Shown piece by piece: positions 38,359-51,200 of a stretch of 64,000 bases of DNA. The notes beneath the pieces were generated by a model. It was not told the DNA's origin. It worked only from the letters and a program-made list of their open reading frames with translations, and did not search any database. This DNA comes from Geosiphon pyriformis uo1 (lineage: Eukaryota; Fungi; Glomeromycota). The position numbers and the translations under genes are program-made. Position 1 is the first letter of the stretch; each line of letters opens with the position of its first letter. The stretch covers positions 802,018 to 866,017 of the forward strand of contig JAAOMT010000135.1 of the NCBI GenBank assembly GCA_016748015.1, in the 5' to 3' direction.

Positions 38359-39949
38359 TGAAAGCTGGTGATAGAAGGATGCGTATGTAAGACGAGGTAT
38401 TAGCGTTGCAATGTCAGGCAAAAAACAAAAAATGTAAATGTGTTTTAAAAAATTGCGTCTTGTGATTTATATGATAGCTTTTATATAGGGATTTGGAAGT
38501 ACGAAAACAAACGCGTGTATGAAGAGATTTTTTCGTGTCATCCAATCACGCATGTGGCCACTACTTTACCTAAGTTATTACAAGGGTCCTATTTGTACCA
38601 ATCCCGATGGCTGTTTTGGCTATGTAAAACCATCTAAAAATAGCTTGACTGTCAAGTACACATACGGTCCAAGAAGTTCAAATGCTCTTTCAGGACTTTC
38701 GCAACTGAAGTTCCCTTTAAAATAATGTTATATTAAAGAACGGTTCTCTCAACAAGTGGCTGTCAAAATATACTGTCAAAATCACCAAAATGGGGTTGGC
38801 ACACTCATAATTTGTTGAAGAAATCCTAAGGCCAATTAGAGTATACAAATGCAAAAGTCGTGTACTGAACTATCGGAGAATTTATCATTTGATAAAGTCG
38901 TTACAGAAATAAAAAAAACTCAAACTCCCCAATAGTTATTGAACCGAAATTTCCTATATTTAATAAATCCATTTCTAAAATGAACATTTTTCTTATGAGA
39001 ATACCTGCTAAAGGCTGAGGAAGGACTTTTTTTTAATTGATGTTTAACTAAAGGGACTCTTGGCCAGCTCTTATCCTGTCCCAAGAGCATCAGCTCTCAT
39101 CCTGGCGATTCATCCATCATCATTGCTTGAAGTTCGGTTTTGTTGAGAATAACTTTTTATCGTTATTGTTTTCGTGATAGATCGAAGTTAAACGTTCAAG
39201 TAACGATTTCCAAGCCTACTGGGAAGACATAATACACGAACGAAAGAAGGTTAGTCAAGTCCTATGGTACAAACCATTTATAGTCATCAAACAATTTATA
39301 TAATTTTAAATTGTATCTAGTCTTCCAATTTTAATAATATTAAAAAACTAAACCGTAAATATGATAGATTAAGTTCTTCTCTTTCACATTTACGGTTTAC
39401 TTTTTTGAATTATATTATATTTTATAAAGTTATTAAAGTTTAAAATTAGCCACTTTTATTATTAATCTTTAATTTTCGGATGCCGATCAATCAGATTTTA
39501 GCCAATCAGCAATCATTAAAGTCACGTTACCACGTGATAAATCATCATAGTATTATCATTTTCAGAAAGACTTTCAATTAATATTAATCTAAAGATATAG
39601 TATCTTTTGGTTTGTGTGTTTTTTGCTGGTGATATGGCACCATTAACCATAAATATTCTATTTACACCATTATCATATTTAGTTGTCATTATTGGGACAG
39701 AAATTCAGATATCAATATTGTTTATATTAAGTGTTAAAAGAATTGTAAAAGTATTATGAATAATTATTAGAGAATTAGGAATGTTATTTGCACTCTATTT
39801 GTAACCTTGTATTCCTCTTGATAAACATTGAGAACAACTGGCTTTGGTGCTAAAAGCAGCAGATTTAAGGCAAGAATTGGAATAACTGTGACATAATTGG
39901 CTGTCAGCCCAAAAATAATACTATAAGCAAAATATTTGGTATTAAGAGA

Positions 39950-42370
39950 CATTGTAAAAGATTAATCACTTGTCTCAACTCTTATACCTTGAAACAAGAA
40001 TGTGACTCAAAATTTATGAAAAAAATTAATGCAATTAATTTTTTAATAAATAGACTTTGCAGTAAATTATAGATGGGTTACTTTTTTTTAAAGCATCATA
40101 TATACAACATATGTTTTTTAATGACTGATGTTTTAAACACTTCTTTTTCATAAAATTTTAGAAATAGATTGTGTTCTATTGTTATTCATAGAAGATAGGA
40201 ATCATAGTAGTATATATTAGCCAATCAAAAGTAGACATAGTAAAATAAAAAATTCTAGAATTCTTCTTAGAAAAATTACAGAATTCTAGGAATTACAGGA
40301 TTCTTATATGAGGAATTCCAGAATTCTTGACAGAAAAAATAAAAGAATTGAGGAATCTCAAATATATATATAACAGTAATATTAGAAACAGAAAAAACAG
40401 ATTTTTCAGTTTAGATTTCATTTAAGCAATCTTCTAATTTACAAATATCAATAAATAATTATTTGTTATATCAATTCATTCTTTACTATCAACATAAAAT
40501 GTTGATAGTAACTGATACTTAACCATACTAGAACAATAGCTCTTGATTATAGCTATTGACAGGATATTAACATTCATTGTCTTGGCTTATTTCTTTATTT
40601 TTTTTTATTTTTTATTTTTTTTTGTTATTTCTTGTTGTTGACTAATTGATTAAAAATTAAAGCACTGAGTTATTAACATCAAGAATTGTTTGGTAAAAGA
40701 CTCTTGCAAGTGAGTAAAACACATAAAAAATATGAATTGCTTATCAAAGAATTGCTGACCACCAAACCAAGAAAAAAATTAATGGAATTGCAATTCCAGA
40801 AGACTACTGAAAACAATTATTAAATCTCTGTTCATTATACAAAGAACTCAACCTAAATCTTCAGACAACCTAAACTTTCAGACAACTTAAATCTTTAAAT
40901 AACCAAAACCTTCAGATACTAACATTATTATATCAGCTATTGAGCACCAAATTATGAGTTTATTATTTGTTTTAAGACTTTAAATAATCATCTATAATAC
41001 TGTTTGATAAGAGAAATAATTAAAAGCTTAAAAATGTAAAGCATAAAAGTAGTATTTATGATTAAAAATTAACTTAATCAGGTCTAAAAAAAAAGAACCC
41101 ATAAATTGTTTTTGCAATCTATAAAAGATAAAAAACATTAAGCAACTTTGAAAATTTTAACCAGTATCATTTTTATTATAATGTGAATACTTACTTTGAA
41201 TTCACAAATAACTTTTCAATAACTATAATATTGTATTTTAAAGAATTACTTGAATTTAAAAGATATACAAAATCCTCTGTAATAAAGGTTTCTAATTAAA
41301 TTTAATATTTGAATAATTAATTATACCAAAGAGAAATATAATAACTAAAATACCTATTATGTATTTGACCAAATTATAATCTAGTTTTAGAATTGGTTTT
41401 CTAGGCTGTAAAAGAAATTTCAATTGTTGAATATTTTAACAACTTATTAGAATATGATATATAATAGCTTATTATAGTAATCAAAAAACTTATATCAGTT
41501 GGTATTAATTTAGGGAAATCAGATTGGAATTGAAAGATTTTTGGCTTTATCTTGATTAAAAGAACTGAAGTTGTCTTAAAGTCTATAATCTTGAATAGTT
41601 CTTTTTTGTTAGTATTGTATATTTTCTAACAAGTTCATTTTAATGCAAAAAATGTATAAAATATAATAGTTCAAGTAGATAAAACCCAGATTTTTTTGTA
41701 AAGGTCTAATAAACTTTTCACTTATAAGAATTTAGCATCTTTGAAAATATGTAAATTATTATTAAAATACATGACATTTTCGAAATCAATTGCAAGTCCT
41801 AATTGAATTCATAAATAAATAATATTCTTTTCAAATTTTTTACTAATGTAATATAGAAAACATATATCAAATATTAAGTAACTAATAGAAAAGAAGTGTA
41901 TAATACCAATCTTAATAATATTTAAGAATCTTGGCTTTTTGATTATATCATAATATTCTGGATATTCTTCTTTGAATGGTAAATCTATAAATAATTTGGC
42001 ATATTATCGATCACTAAATATGAAAATGAGAGATTATAATTAGGCTATAATACTAAAATTGAAATTTATCTCAAATATTCTTATCTACTATCTTTTTGAT
42101 CAATAATCATTTGCAATAAATCTTTTATTAGCTTTAAGAGATCGGCTTCAATTTGAAAATCAGGTTTTTTTGAATTGGTTGTTTAATTGTCAATGTTAGA
42201 TTTTTTTGCCCAAATTTCTTGTTATAAGTCAAAAAATTTTTTGTAGTAACTATTTTTATTGATGTTACCTGAATTTTCAGCTCAAATAATCTCCCCAATC
42301 CCAATAAAAAATTTTTTTTGATGAATGCTAAAAGAGCTTTTTTTGATTGCTTCTTATTCAGAACTACAAA
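39950..42370 (-). pseudogene. Degenerate intron-containing Bromodomain + BAH gene (Rsc1/Rsc2/polybromo-like) inside the transposon
   Basis: Bromodomain: LLKLIKDLLQMIIDQKDSS|DR*YAKLFIDLPFKEEYPEYYDIIKKPRFLNII (YPEYYDIIKKP at 41964-41932) and EFN*DLQLI(F)ENVMYFNNNLHIFKDAKFL (about 41810-41722). BAH: KLDYNLVKYII|EDFVYLLNSSNSLKYNIIVIEKLF, QFMGSFFFRPD, (T)EHNLFLKFYEKEVFKT (40179-40128). Stops and homopolymer frameshifts are present; ends approximate. Confidence 0.8.
40180..40999 (+). mobile_element. Degenerate solo LTR of the Gypsy family seen at 56.9-64 kb
   Basis: Starts TGTTATTCATAGAA and ends TATAATA (eroded TGTAACA); collinear with LTRs 56901-57738 and 60107-61005. 4-bp TSD CTAT/CTGT; it splits the BAH exon. 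Confidence 0.85.
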
Positions 42371-42547
42371 ACAAAAATTAAAGTTTAAATTAGAACCAAA
42401 GAGATTTAAAGAATAGATATATATCTGAATTAAAAACATTATTTTTATTATAATACAATTTTATTGTACAACATTACACAGTTTAAATTCTTTAATTCTG
42501 TCCAAGCACCAATTACACACTAGATTAATATTAAATTACATAAAAAA

Positions 42548-44649
42548 ATGCCACTTTATTCTAAAGGAAAAAAAAAGCTAAAGATCAAGTTAGAAATACA
42601 AAAGAATCATATAAAAAAACACATCATACCACTTTAATAAATGATCATGATATTGAAGTAAATAAATTTAACAGACTGGATGTTAGTAATAGAGAGTAAA
42701 ACAACAATAATAATAGTAAATGAGATGATACAGAAGATATAGAAGCTGTAATTAAAATAAAAAAACTCAGTTTAGTATAGAAAAATAACAATTATCTAAA
42801 AAAAAAAGTAAGGCCCTTACATGACAAAAAAAACACCAAAGTTAACCTATTATGATAAATATGAACAAATAATTTGTTCACCATAGCAGCAGCCAGAACT
42901 AAAAAAATTATCATTTTCTTTAATATTAGTGATGCTCAAATTACAGATTTACAATAGTCTGAATCTAATTAATCTTTAAGCAATTCAGAAAGTGAGGTTA
43001 ATCCATATGCTAATTAAATAAAAAAAGAGCAAAAGTTAAAAGAACATTTAGAAAAACAATATGTTCAGTTAACTGTTTTCGAATATAATCAAAAAAGAAC
43101 TATTTTTGAATATCTTACCTTGTTAAATAATAATAATGGACATGAAAAAATTAATGCCAGTTTGAAAATTGTCCAAAAAGTTTTTATTGATGGTAGTATA
43201 TAGAAAGCATAAAAAATTTGATATTTTGCAAAGTATTGGTTGCTTAATAATAAGTTTCTAACATTAAAACATAGAAAACACCAAAAAACAATTAGAATAA
43301 TTAATGATAAAGACATTGCAGAAAGATGTTATATTTGGATTAGAAACCAAAACTTTAATGTCATTCCAGCCATATTTAAAAAATTCATTGAGCATGAATT
43401 GTTTTCTAATATTAAAATAATAATAAAAAAAACTATTAGTCTTATGACTGTAGTAAGATGGCTCAAAATTCTTGGTTATTTATTCTAACAACATCATCAA
43501 GGCTTATATTATAATGAACATAAAAAAAATAATGTCTTACAATCTTGAAAAAAATTTTTAGAAAAAATATTTGAGCATGAAAAATATATAAAAGTGAATT
43601 TATGGATTAAATACATCCTAACTTACTTAATAAAGAGAAAAAAAGAGTTTTTGTAGTTCATAATGAATGTATTTTTTATTCAAATAAAAACAAACATGGC
43701 ATATGAACTGAACATGAAAATTTGCCACTAAGAAAAAAAGGAAATGGAAGATCAATTATGGTTAGTAAATTTTTAACTGAAATTGATGGATGTTTATATT
43801 TACAACAAAATAATATAAAAAACTATTTTAATATACCAGAAAAGGCACAATGCTATTTGCAACCTGATATAAATCAAGATAATTATTGGACAGCAAACCA
43901 TTTTTTTAAACAAATTAAATATAAAGCAATTCCAATTTTTGAGAAATTATATTCAGATTGTACAGCTGTATTTGCTTTTAATAATAGCTCTAAGCATACA
44001 GTATTTAGTAAAGATGTTTTAATTGCAAACAAGATAAATTTAAGTCCAGGTAAAAAGCAATCATTAATGTAAGATACTTCTTTTGAATTAAATAATTAAT
44101 TACAATTGATGATCTTTCTGAAACATATTCAGATAAAAAACTTTGAGAATTGCTTAAAAGAATTAAACAAGTATTAATAAAATGAAAAAAATGGCCATCA
44201 AAAGAATTAGTATTAGAATACCAAAAATGCAAAAAAAAAATCAAAGATTCTTCAAAAATTTCTTGTTGTGCACATTGAGTAATATCTTTGAAATTCGATT
44301 TTCTTGCTCAAAAAAATACAATTGAAGAATTAATCAAAAATATGAGACATGAGTGCATTTTTTTTCCAAAATTTTATTGTGAATTAAATTTTATTAAAAG
44401 ATATTAGAAAGCTGCTAAAAGATATGCACATAACAAATGTGATTATTCATGAAAAAAATTATAAAGAACAGTATCTAAAAGTCTTGAATCAGTATCTTTA
44501 ATAACTATTAAACAATTTTCAAGAAAATATTGGTGTTATATAAATCTTTATAGAAAAGATTTTAGTGGAAAATTAGTAAATCTTATAGAAAAATTCCAGA
44601 TAATATTCTTAAAGAATTAGACAAATTAAATAATATTCAAACTTTGTAA
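42548..44649 (+). pseudogene. Degenerate DDE transposase of the element 39265-44833
   Basis: LVVHNECIF (HDE), PLRKKGNGRSIMVS, AIPIFE...AVFAFNNSSKH (FDNS), FFPKFYCELNFIK (PKFHCELNFIE) and terminal SYRKIP. All three presumed catalytic residues are one G>A change away from D/D/E. Confidence 0.85.
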
Positions 44650-44919
44650 TACTGTATTTGGTTTTATATTATATAAAATTTACTAAAATTTTATTTTTTA
44701 TTATAAATAATATATTAAAAACACATATATTATAACCAATAAAATTTAATTATATAAATAAAAACATGTAAAGATTATCATTTAAAATTTCGGACTGATC
44801 TATATTTTTGATGATTATAAATGGTTTGCATCATATATATACTGCTCTGCCTTAAATGTTATTTCTAAATTAGCTATTTTTTATAAAAAGTCTAAAATAG
44901 ATGTGATTATAAGAAAAAA

Positions 44920-46215
44920 AAAATTTTGGACAATATTTTAAGTATTTAGCATTAACAATTAGTTATAACAAAATGTTGAGTATAGTTAAGGATTTGTCAA
45001 ATGACAAAGCCACTAATTTATCTAATATTATTAATGAACTTTAAAAACATTACAACAAATTTGTGTTAATATTATTATTAAATTTGTTGAATTGTTGTGT
45101 TTTATGTAAGTCAGTTTCTTAGTTTTAAAAGAAGGCTTGGATGTTAATAATTTTTAAACTATATGAATAAAAAAAGGGTTTTGATCAACACTAAATTTAT
45201 TGTTTTAATTAAAATATATCAGAAAATTTTATTTAAAATTTTTTTAGACAGAAATTTTTTGGCTTGCAGCAAATTTGAAGTGTTTTATGATAACAATTTT
45301 TATTTTTAAGAGATATATCAATTCAGTTTCTGATTTTTGTAGTGGATTTAGTAATAAAAATATGTTTAAAAAAAATTATAAGATTTAACTGGTCTTATAA
45401 AATATATATAAAGCATAAAATTCTGTTAATTAGTTATATTTAAAAAACAGTTTGGTTAAAATTAAGATTTATAAAAGATTTTTTGGATTTTTTGGAAATA
45501 TTTACCAATTAAATTATATTAGATTTTAAATTAACAAATAAATATAAAATATAGAATAGTTTAGAATTGTTTTAATAATTTTTTTTTGTATAAAGTAAAA
45601 AAACATAAAAATTTATATAAATATTATATTAATATTAAGTTTATAGCCAAAACAGATAAGATTAAAAACTAAATTGGTTTAATTTTTTATTTAATAATTA
45701 AAGCTTTTAATAACATAATTTGGATAAAAAATAATTAAACTGCTATTTAGTATATTTTAAATATTATAAATATGTTTTTTATAATTAATAATATTTTAAT
45801 AAACAATAAAAAAACAGTAATTATTTTTATTAATCAAAAAATTAAGTATGTGTTTTTATTAATTAATAATCTGTCAATTTTTATTGTAAAAAAAATATAT
45901 AAATACTTAGGTATTTTTTTGTTAATAAATAATTTGTTTAAATTTAGTTTATTAAAAACTTATTTTAATATCAAGTTTTTTGTAAATATAATTCTAAAAA
46001 AAATTATATTAAAAAAATAATTTTATTATTTAATTTTTGTAATATTATAATTAATTATTAATTACAAAATTTAGTTTAATTTTGTTTTTAAAAGTATATA
46101 TAAATAAAATACTTTGATCAAAAAAATATAAAAATAAAAATAAATTTATTAAGAAAATTTTCAAGTAAAATTATTTATTATTTTTTTTTGTATAATTTAA
46201 AATTTTTTAAACAAA
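44920..46215 (+). mobile_element. Highly degenerate LINE ORF2 (RT) fragment
   Basis: Collinear, via transitions, with about 49690-51055 of the better preserved LINE. ORF 45772-46020 mirrors ISINNNKTVVIPIN...YLGIFLS. Confidence 0.8.
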
Positions 46216-46363
46216 TACAGTGAACTCTCTAAAAAAATCTTTCTCTTGTCAATTCTCTAACTACAACAAGAGCAAAAGATAATTTTGAAGAAATCGTTTT
46301 TCTTTTTCCCTTTCCCCTCAATCCCTATTAATTATTTCTTCTAACTTACCTTTATTTGTTGTG

Positions 46364-48228
46364 ATGGAACTGGTGGGCTCATCTGCTGGTGGTTCTGGTT
46401 CGGATTCAGCTGGTTTAGGGACCCGCCAGAGTGCTAAAAACAAGCGTGTTGATACAGTTTATGCCCATAGTGCATCCTACAAGAAGCCTAAAAAGCCTGC
46501 AGCTAGTGTTTCAGTCAAGTCATCCACTGGTCCTTTATATTTAAAAGATTTGGGTGGTAATGATAGTAAGCCAGCGGCATCCTGGGGAAGCAGAGTGGAT
46601 AGTGTTTCTGGTAATGTAAGTGGTCATTTGGATGTCAAGAATTTGGAGAACTTAGTTGCTGAGAAGACAAGCTATGTTGATTCAGGTGAGAATGACGAAA
46701 TGAACAAGACTATGCTGCATAGGACTCGCATTCGGACATATGTGTTGAAACAATCTCTTAAGGCACCTCTATTTGCTACTATGAACAACAATGACAACAA
46801 TTCCGTGTTGCCACCTCCTAAAATCAATAGGTCTAATCAGCTGCCCTCTTCTAAATCATGTGTTTTTAAGAGTTGGAGTTTTGGGCCAGTGAAATTGTTT
46901 GCTCTGGATGTGAATTTGTTAGCTATTCCTAGCAGGACTAATAGTGATAAGTTTATTTCAATCAAAAATTTTTTTTACAAAATTGATGGTTTTGGAGGAG
47001 CTTCAACTCCTTCAAAATTTCCTGGTGTTATCCGTTCAACTTTCACAAGTGAGTCTAGTTTGATCAAGGCCAGAGAAATGGCAGTTCATGAGAAAATTGT
47101 TGTCAATGGTAATCTCAAAAAAGCAAACATTCATTCGAATCGGGAAGTGATCATTAAGGAGATCCCAGTTGATTTTCCAAAGTTGGCTGTGGAATCAGTT
47201 TTTTCTAAATTTGGCAGGATTGTTTTCATCAGAATGCAGTTGATTGGTCTTTAACAAAAAGTCCTGATTGAATTTGAGTCATCAAAAGTTGCCAGTTTGG
47301 TTGCATCTAAATGGTCGGTTCTTGTGGGAAAGAATTTGGTGTGTGTGGTATTGGTGGTTAGTAATAAACAAACATGGTATCAAGAGATCAGCATCAGGCA
47401 TTGCTTTATACTCTTCTAGTTGGCACCACTGCTCATGATTTTTCTGGTCTGTTGGATTTGTATAGTGGGAAGACCTGTGTTATTGGCCATAATCCAGTTA
47501 CGTATGTTTGAGATAGGTGTGCTGTTATTTGTTTTGCTGATGAAGCTTCCAAGTTGACTGTTTTTGGTTCGGTTCTGGGCTGGTCTTTTTCTGGCTTGCT
47601 GCACTGTATGCAATCTGTGTGGTCATACTAGTGGAGTGTGTTTAGTAAGTGAGAATTCTGGTAGCCATGAGAAAAAAGTGGTGACCAATCTGGATCGTGT
47701 TTGTTTGGCCAGTATTTATAAGAAGAAGCAGGCACCTGTTACTCGTCCAGTCTCTTTTGGTGAGAGAACTTGGGCATTGGTGGTTGGTGCTCCTTCAGTG
47801 TGTAGTTCTCATAGTGATGGTTTAATTCTTGGTTCCAACAAAGTTGGTAAACCTCTCCCTTCTGTTGTGAATGATTTGAAAAAGCATTTGGTAAATATTG
47901 AAAGCAGTCTCGTCAGTCTCGTGGGACAAATTGGTAAGTTGGCTAAGAGGTTGGATTCACTCGTGCCAGCAGTTTCCCAGCCTAGCCCTGGATGTCAGCT
48001 GCTAGTAACACCCCATTGCAGAATCAAGGAGAGGATATAGTGATGGGAGTGGGTTTGGGTGATGCCACTGGTAACAAGACTGCTGCCGTTGTGGGTTCAA
48101 CTGCCTCACCTGAGGTTGTGAAATTGGAGACCATGTTGGAGGGTCTTGCTGCTTCAGTTATGAGCTTATTAACATGCTTGGATGGTTTGGCTTTGACAGG
48201 TGATGTTCCTCTTCTACCTCTTTCTTAA
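46364..48228 (+). pseudogene. LINE ORF1 (RRM-like region, zinc knuckle, coiled coil)
   Basis: VIIKEIPVDFP...VFSKFG (RRM-like), CTVCNLCGHTSGVC knuckle and heptad-rich C-terminus, with internal stops and frameshifts. Confidence 0.75.
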
Positions 48229-51200
48229 TGAGTGGTCTAATATGGAAAATTGCTATGTGTAATGTTCATGGATTGAACAATCCTGTAAAGCAAGATGATG
48301 TAATTTATTGGCACAAGGATATGAACAATTTGGTTTCTATTTTTACAGAGTCAAAGCTTAAAGATAAAGCTTGCCCATGGCTGATTGACAAATTTGATGG
48401 TGTTCATGTTTTTACTTCTGGTCTGGATTCTGGTTCTTTGGGTGCTGGGGTGTTAATCATAGTGAATTCTTCTTTGGCAAAACATGTCTGCAAAATCTTT
48501 GAGGTGTCTGGTTGGCTCCTATTCATCAAGTTGCTTTTCAAAAATAAACTTTCAGTGTCTATTTTGGGGCTCTATACTGGTGCTTTATCAGTGGTTCAGT
48601 TTTCTTAGGCTGGTAAAATCAACTCTCTTATTACCAAAGCCATTAATGAGTCTTCTTTTGTTATTCTTGGTGGTGATTTTAATGAGGATAATTCTCACAA
48701 ATGTGCCAGCTTTAAGAAATGTTTTGATTTGGGTTTGATTAACTTTCTGGGGGGGAGCTCTTTTGTGAAGTCACCTACTTGGTGCAATTTTTGTGATATC
48801 TCTAAAACAATTGATTATGTGTTTGTTTCTTCTAATTTGGTTGGTGTGGTGGTAGATTGTGGTGTGGATGGCATTGAAGAATATTTTAATACTAATCACA
48901 AGGCTGTTTATGTTTCTGTGAAACTGAGTGGCCTGCTCAATGTCCAGCTGAATTCACTGCGCAAACAAGCTAATAGAGATCATTGGAAGTATGATATCAA
49001 AAATACCAGTGAGATTAAGTGATCAGAATTCAGGAATGCTACAGCTGCTAATGCTATTATGTTCTCAGATAAGTTTGTTGTGGCTAAGCAGTTTTCTGAT
49101 CTGAATGCAATATGAGACACTGTTCGTAAGGTTATGGTTCTTTCGGCTGGTAGAACGTTCAAGAAAAAATGGTTTAGGAGTTTCAATTGTGTTTTTAATA
49201 AGATATCTTTCCAGTTTCATAAACTGGAGCTACTTGTGTCTAAACTGGTAAAGACTTCTCGGTTGGTTTCTAGTGGAGATTTTGCCTTGTTGTTAAATAC
49301 TTAGAACAGGTTTGATTCTGTGGGCGCTTTGCCAGTGAGATTTCTGTTTCTTTCTGGTGCTGGTTTTGATGCAATTTGTTCTGGACTGGCTAAGGCAAGG
49401 AAGTCTTACCGCTCTTCTAAATTGTTGGAATCTAAGCGTGCTGAAGAATTTAGTGTGAAGCAGGCTATTGAGAGGAGAATGGAGAGTTTTGAGGTAGATA
49501 AAGGTCACACTATTAGAAGTGTTTTGGAGTATTCTTTTCATAAAGTGGTGTTGGATCATTTGGTGGATGGTGGAGAATTAGTCCTGGAGCCTGAGTTGGT
49601 TAAATCTAAGGTGGATAGAATCATGGAGGGTTGGACTAGGAAATGTGCAGTGGCTTCTGATATCTCTGGCGATTGGACAAGGCAATTTCTGCCTTTGGAT
49701 CATGTCTTCGATAGTGTCTTCTCTGATATAATGTATTCAATCAGTTTTGATGAGATGTTTGGTGTTATTTCAAATTTGTCCGATGGGAAAGCAGTTGGTC
49801 TTTCTGGTATTCCTAATGAACTTTGAAAACACTGTAACAAGTCAGTCTTAGATATGCTTTTGGTGCTCTTAAATTTTTGTTTGGGTTGTGAATCAGTGCC
49901 TGGACTTTGGAGGGAAGTCTGGGTTTCAATGATTCTTAAACCCTACAAGTGGGAAGGGGTTTTTACAAATACCCACTCTATTGCTTTGATTGAAACAACT
50001 CACAAGGTTCTTTCCAAGATTCTTTTAGATCAGATCTCTCTGGCTTGTAGTACTTTTGATGTTTTTCGCAGGGACAATTTTTCTGTCCTAAAAGGTACGT
50101 CTACTCAATCACCTATCTTTGCTATTGGTTTGGTGATCAAAAATGCTTTGGAAAAGAACCGAAAGTTGTGGCTGGTTTAAAGAATATGTGCAAAGCTTAT
50201 GATTCTGTTGGTTGGAAGCATCTCAAGAGAAGTTTGATTAGGATCAAAATGTGTGACAAATTTATCAGATTTTTTGGTAGCATTCATAATGGTCGCACTA
50301 ACAGAGTGATAACAGATTTTGGTTTGACTAATGGATATCATGTTCAGGATAAATTGAATCAGGGGGAGGTTTTTTTGCCACTTCTCTGGTGCATATTTTA
50401 TGACTTGTTTTTGTGTGAGGTTAAAAGACAGGAGAGCATTTGTGGTTACAAATTGATTTCTCATTTCATTTCTAAGACTGGCTGGGTGGAATCTCAAGCT
50501 GGGCTGTCATCATTTCTGGTCACTGGTGCTTTTGTTGATGATACTATCTGGGTCAGTAGCAGTCAAGCTGCTACACAACACATCCTCAATGTTGCTAGTG
50601 AGTTCTTTCATTTAAATGACATTTCGATAAACAATAACAAGACTGTGGTCATTCCTATCAACTGTCAGGTTATTGCTCCTTACCTAACTATCAGTGATAT
50701 GCCAATTTTCATCGCTAAAAGAGGTGAACCTCATTGTTATCTGGGTATTTTTTTATCTTCTGATGGTCTTTCAAAGTTTAGCTTGGTTAAGGTGCATTCA
50801 GATATTCAGTTTTTTGTCAATCTCATTTTGAGAAAAGTTATTTCAGATAAACAGTTTGCTTATTTAGTGTCTTCAGTTCTCTTTTCTATTGTCAGCTACA
50901 GAACTCAGTTCAGTTTTATTTTTCTCAGTGTGTGTAATAAATAAGACGCTTTAATATGTAAGGGCCTAAAATCCAAATCTGGGCTGCCTTTGGACTTTCC
51001 TAATGATGCACTTCATCATCTTTTTTTGTACAATTTAAAAACTTTTAAGCAGATTTAGGCTGAAAGCAAGTCAGCTTCTATTATTGTTTTTGCAAATTCA
51101 ATTGGTGTTTTGAGTCACTTGTTTTCTCATAGGTCTCACGATCTTCAGGTTCTCAGCTGGCGTCCTCATCACCCTTTGTTGTTTTCTGTTTGTGTTAGAG

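Larger units (their letters stand above)
39265..44833 (+). mobile_element. IS630-Tc1-mariner-type (DDE_3-like) DNA transposon, 5.57 kb including a nested solo LTR, with a cargo gene
   Basis: 27-bp TIRs: 39265-39291 tggtacaaaccatttatagtcatcaaa and the reverse complement of 44807-44833 tgatgcaaaccatttataatcatcaaa (3 transitions). TA duplication (39263-64 / 44834-35) is inferred by comparison with the empty donor site at 2220-2227. Confidence 0.88.
34256..44888 (-). repeat. Inverted segmental duplicate of host region about 2173-7204 plus 9950-10333, interrupted by later insertions
   Basis: Reverse complement matches: 44834-44888 to 2227-2173; 35721-39264 to about 6877-2226 (the gap-duplicated part present once); 34650-34965 to about 7204-6875; 34256-34650 to 10333-9950. 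Confidence 0.9.
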
